This document shows, piece by piece, positions 56,993 to 64,000 of a stretch of 64,000 bases of DNA. Position 1 is the first letter of the stretch. Each line of letters opens with the position of its first letter. Origin of the DNA: Vulcanimicrobiota bacterium (GTDB taxonomy: Bacteria; Vulcanimicrobiota; Xenobia; Xenobiales; JADMJV01); contig JBFWNU010000004.1 in assembly GCA_050250895.1 (NCBI GenBank), positions 270,934 through 334,933 of the forward strand, given 5' to 3'. The notes beneath the pieces are model-generated. The model saw only the letters and a list, made by a program, of their open reading frames with translations, did not search any database and was not told the origin of the DNA. Made by a program: the position numbers and the translations under genes.

Positions 56993-57003
56993 ACTGGGTC
57001 ACA
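56988..57003. promoter_or_regulatory. CRP/FNR-family binding site
   Basis: TGTGA-ACTGGG-TCACA, the exact TGTGA-N6-TCACA consensus, upstream of the gene at 57069. Confidence 0.65.
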
Positions 57004-57068
57004 TTGTGATCTATTACCTAACAGTATAGATGTCACGCTGCTAGACTAGTTCCATTGGAGGAAGCACC

Positions 57069-57485
57069 ATGGACTACGCAGGAATGAGACTAGCTGCCAG
57101 CGCCGACATTCAATCCGCCCAGGCCGTGACTGGCGAGCGCAAGATGACTCTACTCGACTCCGACTTGCCCAGGACCGTCCCCAGCGGCGCCCAGGTCCGC
57201 GTAACTCCCACCAGCTTCATGAAACTCCGACCTGGCGAGTATGTCCTGGTCCGCGGTGGCTCTGGCATCGCCGTCCGCCGCTACGTCCACGCTTGCGTCA
57301 CCAAAGAGAGCACCCGCCTGATGATGGCAACCGAGAGCGCCACCGAGATGGTCGGAGTCGGGTCGCTACTGGGCCGGGTCGCCGAGGTCTCGCACCAGGG
57401 CCAAAGCTACGATCCCAACCCCAATTCCTGGCTGAGCGCGATGGCCAACCGCCTGACCCACTGCGGCACCCGCCGGTTTTTCTAA
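57069..57485 (+). CDS. Hypothetical protein, degenerate S24/S26 peptidase-like fold
   Basis: GGAGG SD; TSFMKLRPGEYVLV...AVRRY...LLGRV resembles the S24/S26 pattern. Confidence 0.6.
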   Translation: MDYAGMRLAASADIQSAQAVTGERKMTLLDSDLPRTVPSGAQVRVTPTSFMKLRPGEYVLVRGGSGIAVRRYVHACVTKESTRLMMATESATEMVGVGSLLGRVAEVSHQGQSYDPNPNSWLSAMANRLTHCGTRRFF

Positions 57486-57491
57486 GGGTGC

Positions 57492-57680
57492 CTGACCTGA
57501 CCCGCGCCGGCTACCGCGCCGGGTCAAGGCCTCGGCGGCGCGGGTTGGCTGGTGGGCGGCGCACAACCTGACCCGCGGTCGCTGCCCGCTGCCCGCCGGC
57601 CTGGACCAAGGCCTCGGCGGCGCGGCTTGGCGGCGAATTCCTGAGCGACTTCCGCACGGAAGTCGCGGCTTCGGCGGGTT
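57492..57680. repeat. Intergenic REP-like palindromes and short direct repeats
   Basis: CCTGACCCGCG x2, AAGGCCTCGGCGGCGCGG x2, GCGACTTCCG-CA-CGGAAGTCGC (57645-57666). Confidence 0.7.
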
Positions 57681-57700
57681 TGGTCACTTCCCGACAGGCC

Positions 57701-58849
57701 CTAGCGTCCGGTGACGATATGAGGGCCCGCCTGGTCCCAACGGACGGGGTAGGGCTCTGACAAGGTATAGGCCTTCTCGAGCACGTCCACCACGGGACCC
57801 GTCAGGCCACCAACGGCCGCGCCGCCCACCCGGGCCGCCATCAGCTGAGCCTGGTCCACCTTCACCCGCCGGTCCGACATAAACCAGCCGATGGCCTGAT
57901 ACTCCCCCGGGTTGGCCTGATCGGGCACGAAGCGGACGGCGAACATGTTCGAGTCGTTGCCGGCCACCACCGCGTCGCCCTTGAGGGGTTCGAACGGTCC
58001 GGTGGGACAGTCCGAGACAAATCCGTGGAGTCCAGTCTGTTGGCTGCCCACGTGGGCCTCCCACTCGGGCGAATAGTTCTCGCCTTTGGTAGTGAAAAAT
58101 AGATACCACTTGCCATCGCGCTCGAGCACCTGGGGGCACTCCATCTCGGCGAAATTGCCGGGAGCCAGCACGGGAGCCTGTTGCTCGTAAGGGCCCTCGA
58201 GACGGTCGGCGGTGGCCACACCGATACAGCCGCGATAGCGAGGGTGTCCGTCTTTGGTCTTGGCGGTGAAATACATCAGATACTTGCCGCTGTTAGGATC
58301 CTTCACCACGTATGGGTCACGGAAGGCGCGAAAAACCGGACTGGGTTCGTCGGTCTCATACCAACGCGAGTCGGCTTCGAGCAACGGCTTTTCGGCCCGA
58401 GTCCAGTTGTGGCCGTCTGCTGATGTGGCCAGCCCGATGCGCTGGGTCTGACCGTCGCGCTGGTTGCGCCCGGTGTAGAATGTGTAGTAGCGGTCGCCTT
58501 CACGATAGCTGCTGCCTGTCCAGATGGGGCCGTCATCCCAGGCGCCGGCCGGGCCGCTCTCGATGGCGTAGCCAGTATCGACCCAGCTCTTGAGATCATC
58601 CGAGACAGCGGTGCGAATCTGGGCCCTTCCGTGGCGAGTTTCGGGGTCGGCGTCAAGCGGCGCATCGAGGTGGAACAGGCGATACTTGCCCTGGTCGGCC
58701 AGCACCCAGCTGTCCCAGAGAAAGCGTTCGGGGGGCGCGTACCCTTCGGTACTCGAGGGCACGAATTCGTCGCGCGGCAAATCAGAATTGGCTGACGAAG
58801 CTGCAGACCTCGTCGCGATTGGCGTGTGAGAGAGCGGACCGATGATCAT
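57701..58849 (-). CDS. Glycoside hydrolase clan J (GH32/GH68, beta-fructofuranosidase-like)
   Basis: WDSW, WTGS, FRDP, MECP catalytic motifs. Confidence 0.88.
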   Translation of the reverse strand: MIIGPLSHTPIATRSAASSANSDLPRDEFVPSSTEGYAPPERFLWDSWVLADQGKYRLFHLDAPLDADPETRHGRAQIRTAVSDDLKSWVDTGYAIESGPAGAWDDGPIWTGSSYREGDRYYTFYTGRNQRDGQTQRIGLATSADGHNWTRAEKPLLEADSRWYETDEPSPVFRAFRDPYVVKDPNSGKYLMYFTAKTKDGHPRYRGCIGVATADRLEGPYEQQAPVLAPGNFAEMECPQVLERDGKWYLFFTTKGENYSPEWEAHVGSQQTGLHGFVSDCPTGPFEPLKGDAVVAGNDSNMFAVRFVPDQANPGEYQAIGWFMSDRRVKVDQAQLMAARVGGAAVGGLTGPVVDVLEKAYTLSEPYPVRWDQAGPHIVTGR

Positions 58850-59103
58850 AGCCCCTCTAGCCTAATGGAAGACACTCAACATTTTCTGAAACGCCCGCGA
58901 TTTTCACGGTGTGAAGGGTTCACCCCGAGAATTGGCCAGTCCAATATGAAAACACAAGACGGTGTCCAGAAAACTGATATCCAGACCACCGAGAAGGAAG
59001 AGATAGAGTATTTAACATTACAGAAACAATCCAGAAACAAACAATTTCTAAAATCGAGATAGAAGCTCTGCACGCACACACCAGACGGAGGTAGACAAAT
59101 AAC

Positions 59104-59730
59104 ATGTGTTACGCACCCAACCCCACTTGCTTTCCTCGACCCTGGAATCCCGGGCCCTGGAACCCGGGCCCGTGGCGCCCCCCTCACCCCGGCGGACGTC
59201 CCACTCAAAACCTGCCCGACACCAACGTCGGCTGGCGACCACACGGCTGCTGGGGCGGCCACAACGTCAAAGGCTACGGCCTCGACCTCGACGGTGATGG
59301 CCGCTTCACCCGCGGCAAAGACGGCGTCCTGGCCTTCGACTTCAACCACGACGGCAAGCTCAGCGACGCTGAACTCGAGCGCTCCAACAACATGCTCAAA
59401 GCCTACGGTGGAGACTATGACACCAATGGCGACGGCAAGGTCAGCTGGGTCGAGCGCCTGGTCGGCCAGCGCAACGCCGCCGATGTGCGCCGGATGGACA
59501 AAGACGGCGACGGCCGCCTGAGCAGTGGTGAGCTCCATCAGGCCGGCGGTCAGGTCTGGGTCGACCGGGACCGCGACGGCCGAGTCGACCGCGGCGAGAA
59601 TCACAGCGTCTATGACCTGCCCGGCGGTTGGGGCGGCCGACGACTGAACTTCGTCGACCCCCACTGCAACACGTCCCAAACCAGCCCCAATTGGTTCCGG
59701 CCGCCCTTCTTAAGAGGCCGCTTCTGGTAA
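59104..59730 (+). CDS. EF-hand-like (DxDxDG) calcium-binding protein with Pro/Trp-rich N-terminus
   Basis: DLDGDG, DFNHDG, DTNGDG, DKDGDG, DRDRDG; PWNPG repeats; GGAGG SD. Confidence 0.8.
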   Translation: MCYAPNPTCFPRPWNPGPWNPGPWRPPHPGGRPTQNLPDTNVGWRPHGCWGGHNVKGYGLDLDGDGRFTRGKDGVLAFDFNHDGKLSDAELERSNNMLKAYGGDYDTNGDGKVSWVERLVGQRNAADVRRMDKDGDGRLSSGELHQAGGQVWVDRDRDGRVDRGENHSVYDLPGGWGGRRLNFVDPHCNTSQTSPNWFRPPFLRGRFW

Positions 59731-59736
59731 GCCGCC

Positions 59737-59761
59737 AGGCCCCTCCCCGGAGGGGCCTTTT
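59737..59761 (+). terminator. Intrinsic terminator
   Basis: AGGCCCCTCC-CC-GGAGGGGCCT followed by TTT. Confidence 0.75.
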
Positions 59762-59784
59762 CGGTGGCTGCGAAGAAACCGCTG

Positions 59785-60996
59785 ATGATCGCCCTTCACC
59801 CCGTCCTGGTAGCCATGGCCGACGCCCTTCTGACCGAAGAAGAGCTAGACGAGGCCTCGGAGGCGCTGGGCGCGTTCGTGACCGACAGCCGGCGCGCCCT
59901 GGAAGAACAGACCGACTTCTTCGTGAGCGACGAGGAACGAGGATTGGCCGAGAACCTCGACTATCTTCTCGCTCAATTCGAGCGACAATGGCCGGGCGGC
60001 TTCGACGGAGCCCTTCAGTTCACGAGCCTGGCCATGGAACTGAGCAGGGCGCTGCACCAGTTTCGCCTGGGCCGCTTGCGCACTTACTTCGTCGAGATTC
60101 CGGCCCTCGACTTGCTGTTGGTGGCGCTGGTGGCCCATCTGCAAGGGCGGGGTCAGCTGCAGGCCGCTACCCGCCGCTTGAGCGGAGCCGCGCAAGCCGT
60201 GGGAAATCTGGCTCGCGACTACACCGGCCTGCGCTCAGGGCTGCCTGACGAATTGGTCGAGGCGCTCGACGGGGCTTTCGCCATGGTCTACCAGGGTCTG
60301 GAAGCCATCGAGCAGGACCGCCTGCGCGAAGCGGCGCGGTTGGTGCGCGACGGGGGCACGCTGCTGTCGAACCTGGTTCAGTGGCGGCGCCAGGCCCTGG
60401 CCGAATTTCGCTCGGCGGTTCCCATCCTGGGGGTGGAATTGGCTCGTCTGCGGCGGCGCTTCGACCCCGACCTGGCCGAAGAAGTGTTGGAGCGCAGCCA
60501 CGAACTGCTGGACTGGTGGAACGACGCCAGCCAGGCCCTGCTGGTGCCCCTCGAGAGCCACGACGATTGCGTGGAGGCGGTGGAGCAAGCCCTGACCGCC
60601 CTGCTCGAAGCCGAGGAAGAGGACCAATTGCTCGAGGCGGCCGAACAGCTCGAAGCGGCCTTCGGCTGGCTCGAGCGAGAGGCCCTGGACCTGCACCCTC
60701 TGGTGGGCACCTCCAGGGAAGACTCGGCCCGATTGTTGAGCCTGGCCTATCGCGGCGAAACCAGCCGGGCCCTGTTGATGGCGGCGGGAGAAGGCGACCC
60801 CTACATGACCGCCTTTCTCGATAGCGGCGATCGGGGACACTTGCTGATGGGGCTGCAGGACCTGCTCAAGCAAGTTGCCCAGGCCAGTGAGCGGGGACCG
60901 TCCTATTGCACTGTCTGCGGTCTGATCAACGAGGCCGAGAACACCCTCTGCGCCCACTGCCAGCACCCGTTGAGCGCGCTCGAGGTCAACGCCTGA
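59785..60996 (+). CDS. Helical hypothetical protein with C-terminal zinc ribbon
   Basis: CTVCG...CAHCQ at the C-terminus. Confidence 0.75.
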   Translation: MIALHPVLVAMADALLTEEELDEASEALGAFVTDSRRALEEQTDFFVSDEERGLAENLDYLLAQFERQWPGGFDGALQFTSLAMELSRALHQFRLGRLRTYFVEIPALDLLLVALVAHLQGRGQLQAATRRLSGAAQAVGNLARDYTGLRSGLPDELVEALDGAFAMVYQGLEAIEQDRLREAARLVRDGGTLLSNLVQWRRQALAEFRSAVPILGVELARLRRRFDPDLAEEVLERSHELLDWWNDASQALLVPLESHDDCVEAVEQALTALLEAEEEDQLLEAAEQLEAAFGWLEREALDLHPLVGTSREDSARLLSLAYRGETSRALLMAAGEGDPYMTAFLDSGDRGHLLMGLQDLLKQVAQASERGPSYCTVCGLINEAENTLCAHCQHPLSALEVNA

Positions 60997-61645
60997 GACG
61001 AGCCAGGAAGATGGTGTGGGTGATTTGGCGCGCCCGCCCCCAGACCTTGGCGGCTACCGTCTGGCATTGAAACCCGGCCAGTCGCAAGCGCAGCTCGAAG
61101 GCCCGATCGGGCCCCAGCGACCACACTGCCAAGCAACCCTCGCGTCGCAGGGCCCGCCCGATGGCAGCCAGCCCGTTGGGGCCGTAGAGATAGCCGTTGG
61201 CCTCGCGCACGAAGGGCTCGGGACCGTTGTCGACATCGAGAATCACAGCGTCCCAGGGTCCCTGAGCCAGGTGACGGCCCACATCGCCGACCCGCACCTC
61301 GACCCGAGGATCGTCGAGCGGTCGACCGGCCAGCTCAGCCAGTTGGCGGCGGTTCCACCGCACCACTTCAGGCACCAACTCGGATACTACCACTTTGGCG
61401 CGGGCTCCCAGGCGGTCGAGGGCGGCCCGTAACGTAAATCCCATGCCCAACCCCCCCACCAGCACCCGGGCCTGTTCTGGCAGCTGGGCGCAAGCCACCC
61501 GTGCGAGTTCTTCTTCCGACCCGGGTCGGCGGCTCGACATCAACTCGAGCCCATCGGCCCGGATGGCGAACTCCTGACCGCGCCGATAGAGCACCAGCGT
61601 GCTGCCCGCAGGAACCTCGGCGCGGTCTATTTCTCGCCAGTCCAT
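60986..61645 (-). CDS. Spermidine synthase-like SAM-dependent transferase
   Basis: LMSSR, VLVGGLGMGFT, ILDVDNGP. Confidence 0.88.
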   Translation of the reverse strand: MDWREIDRAEVPAGSTLVLYRRGQEFAIRADGLELMSSRRPGSEEELARVACAQLPEQARVLVGGLGMGFTLRAALDRLGARAKVVVSELVPEVVRWNRRQLAELAGRPLDDPRVEVRVGDVGRHLAQGPWDAVILDVDNGPEPFVREANGYLYGPNGLAAIGRALRREGCLAVWSLGPDRAFELRLRLAGFQCQTVAAKVWGRARQITHTIFLARLRR

Positions 61646-61700
61646 CTGATAGGCTTAGGGACCCACTCCGAGCCCCTGCCATTTGTGCTATAATCGTCGG

Positions 61701-61940
61701 GTGCGAAGCCATCATCGTTGGATCGAACTGCTCTTTCTCGTGATGCTGATTGCCGGGGCCGCCTATCTGGCCCGCCCCGCTCCCCCGCCTCCCCCTCCTC
61801 CGGCGCCGCCGGTGGCCGTGGCCACACCGAAAGGGAATTCCGGGGATGGCCTGCAACAGGTGGTAGTAGTCCTGGAAAGAGCCAGCCGCCCACCCCGCCA
61901 GGCGGCTGAAACGGTGATCGAATGTCTGTGGCAAAGGTAA
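61701..61940 (+). CDS. Small membrane protein with Pro-rich linker
   Basis: TGCTATAAT 6 nt before GTG; one TM helix. Confidence 0.6.
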   Translation: MRSHHRWIELLFLVMLIAGAAYLARPAPPPPPPPAPPVAVATPKGNSGDGLQQVVVVLERASRPPRQAAETVIECLWQR

Positions 61941-62737
61941 AACATCCCCACGTCCTGCGAGCCGCGCTGGCGGCCGACTCGTTGGCGATGACACCCCACT
62001 GGATCTACGACCCCGCCAAAATCCTGGAGCGCTTCGGCGTGGTCGACCATCTGATGGTCCCACCGGAAGGCACCTACCATTACGGCCAACCGCTGGGCGG
62101 ACAAACCCACCTGGGTCACCAGACCATCGTGCTAGCCCGAACCCTCGAGGACGGCTGGGATCGGCAGCGCTTCGAACAGAATTGGCGGGCCTTCTGGGCT
62201 GACTCGACCTCTTACCAGGATAAGGCCACCAAGAACGCTCTCGAGGGCAATCTGGGCGCCTCCGACGAACTGGGCGGGGCCTCTCGGATCGGCGCGGTCA
62301 TCGCGGCCGTCGACGAGCCGAGCGAGGCTCGGCGCATCGCCAGAGAACAAGCGGCTTTGACGCACACCGCCGAAGTGGCCGAAACGGCCGCCCAACTTAC
62401 CGGTCTGGCCTACCAGCTTCTCGATGGCCAATCGTTATCAGCCGCGGTCCGCCAGGCCTTCGCCGACCACGACGCCCTCCAGCGAGCCGAGAGGGTCCTC
62501 AAAGAGCGACCCAACGAGGCGGTGGGCGAACTGGGCCGGGATTGTAGCCTGCGCTCGGCCCTGCCCTCGGTGCTCTATTTTCTGCTGAACTCGACCTCGC
62601 TGCGACAGACGCTGATCGACAACGTCATGGCCGGCGGCGACTCGGCTGCCCGAGGCCTGGTGTTGGGCAGCCTGCTGGCCGCCTCGATGGGACCTGAAGC
62701 CATCCCTCGCAGCTGGCTGGACGAGCTGCGATGGTAG
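61922..62737 (+). CDS. ADP-ribosylglycohydrolase family protein
   Basis: ADSLAMTPHWIYD, QTHLG, LTH, AGGDSAARG. Confidence 0.85.
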   Translation: MSVAKVKHPHVLRAALAADSLAMTPHWIYDPAKILERFGVVDHLMVPPEGTYHYGQPLGGQTHLGHQTIVLARTLEDGWDRQRFEQNWRAFWADSTSYQDKATKNALEGNLGASDELGGASRIGAVIAAVDEPSEARRIAREQAALTHTAEVAETAAQLTGLAYQLLDGQSLSAAVRQAFADHDALQRAERVLKERPNEAVGELGRDCSLRSALPSVLYFLLNSTSLRQTLIDNVMAGGDSAARGLVLGSLLAASMGPEAIPRSWLDELRW

Positions 62738-64000
62738 CCACCTATCTGCTGGAGCGCCGGCGCGCCATCCTCAACGGCAAACTGCCCGAGAACCTGGCCA
62801 CCGTCGTGAGCATCCTGGCTCCTCTGTTGGCGATGGGTTCCGAGGCTGGCGAGCCCCTGCTGCTCCTGCTCTTCCCTTTCGGCTACGCTTGCTGGCAGAT
62901 CTGGCGATTTTCCTCGATTTGGGCCGAACTTCGTGACGGAGGCGGCCTGGAGGAACTCGCCGGCACGGGCGTTTCCCTGGCGAGAATGGCCGATGAAACT
63001 GCGGTCTATACTCTGGGGCGAGTGATCAAGACCGGTTCGGCCCCCTGGCTGATTCTGGCCGTGTATGCCGGTGCGGAAGAGTGGTATCTTCCCCTTTTGC
63101 TGCTCGGCGGGCTGACCGCCATGGTACTTTCCCTGTCTTACACCGTGCAAGCCTGGTCGAGCTGGAGCGGTCTAGCCTGGTATTGGGCCCTCTTCGGCGT
63201 CCCCTTCTGCTTTGAAGCTCTGGTGTTCGCAGTGGGCCTTCTCAGCCGAATGCTGACCGGCGGCCAAACCGCCCTGATGCTGCTGGTGGGGCTGGCGGGA
63301 CTGATCCTGCTACCGCGCGCCCTGACCCTGAAAGGCCTCACCAGCGATCGTCCGAGCCTGGCTGCCATGGTCCGCAAGAACGAAGGAAGACGAACCGCCG
63401 TCCCGGCCGGCTGGTGGACCGGCAATCCGGTCTTCCGGCGCCGTCTGGTGCGCTTCTCGTCGCGCACGGCCCGCACCCTCATGCTGTTTGCCAGTCTGCC
63501 GCTGGCCCTGCTGAGCCTGGTGTTGGCCGACAACGCCCTGACCAATCCCTATAACGGTGCCGATCAAGGCCTGTTTAAGCTGCTGCTGGGCATCGCCGTG
63601 CTGTTCTTCGCGGCCACCTTCATCGCCTATAGCGACGTGCGCAAAGAACGCACCACCGGCAGCCTCGACCTGATGCAAACGAGCGCTCTCGAGCCACGCG
63701 AACTGGTCGACGGGTGGGCCATGGCGGCAGCTCTGCTGCCTGGCCTGGTGCTCATGACCAGTCTACCGGGAGTGGTGCTCGGCTCGCTGAGCACCGGTTG
63801 CGCCAACCGCGCCGCCCTGGCTTTCGTGACCGGTCTGGTGCTGCTACCGGCCGGAGCCTACTTCGGCGTGGCCGTCACCGAATGGGACACCGAGCGGCCC
63901 TGGTTGCCGATCCTGTTGGTGGGCTCGGGGGCGGTGGCGTTTCTGATGCTGGTCGACCTGAACCATCCGAGCCGCGCCAATCCGGCCGTGCTGGGCGCGC
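62731..64000 (+). CDS. Multi-pass membrane protein, ABC-2 permease-like (partial, runs off window end)
   Basis: Open frame from ATG 62731 to window end; NPVF and KERTTGSLDLMQTSAL motifs; many TM helices. Confidence 0.7.
   Translation, partial: MVATYLLERRRAILNGKLPENLATVVSILAPLLAMGSEAGEPLLLLLFPFGYACWQIWRFSSIWAELRDGGGLEELAGTGVSLARMADETAVYTLGRVIKTGSAPWLILAVYAGAEEWYLPLLLLGGLTAMVLSLSYTVQAWSSWSGLAWYWALFGVPFCFEALVFAVGLLSRMLTGGQTALMLLVGLAGLILLPRALTLKGLTSDRPSLAAMVRKNEGRRTAVPAGWWTGNPVFRRRLVRFSSRTARTLMLFASLPLALLSLVLADNALTNPYNGADQGLFKLLLGIAVLFFAATFIAYSDVRKERTTGSLDLMQTSALEPRELVDGWAMAAALLPGLVLMTSLPGVVLGSLSTGCANRAALAFVTGLVLLPAGAYFGVAVTEWDTERPWLPILLVGSGAVAFLMLVDLNHPSRANPAVLGA

Overview
GC-rich bacterial chromosomal window, densely coding with about 60 genes. 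I see no rRNA, tRNA, CRISPR-cas, transposase or phage genes. The gene style (many orphan proteins with short S/T/P-rich 'M-Q/N/L-I/V' N-termini, many apparently leaderless genes) resembles Candidatus Eremiobacterota/Vulcanimicrobiota; this is an unverified inference. Recognisable genes include GDPD, M61 and M28 peptidases, a Ser/Thr kinase-WD40, a NoeA-like methyltransferase with a sulfatase-like partner, P450, an aryl-CoA ligase, HutF, a secreted TPR-CHAT protease, two CarF/TMEM189 desaturases, NDH-2, ExbB/TolQ, an SLT-amidase fusion, an FHA-FHA-clostripain-like protein, GapR, FtsH, a hybrid histidine kinase, a GH32/68 and an ADP-ribosylglycohydrolase. The most unusual signals are: (1) about 11 scattered proteins sharing an export-signal-like N-terminal leader, in two cases placed ahead of a second Sec or lipoprotein signal; (2) a head-to-head array of about 12 mini-hairpins joined by a 9-nt linker at 9.6-9.9 kb; (3) a 1.2-kb tandem of REP-bounded elements carrying a pseudoknot-capable structured cargo at 52.8-54.1 kb; (4) an orphan PqqD/RRE-fused precursor with 22 Cys; (5) a putative RGPP ribosome-arrest leader; (6) an isochorismatase-kinase-phosphatase fusion. 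All family calls come from reading motifs by eye; no database searches were run.
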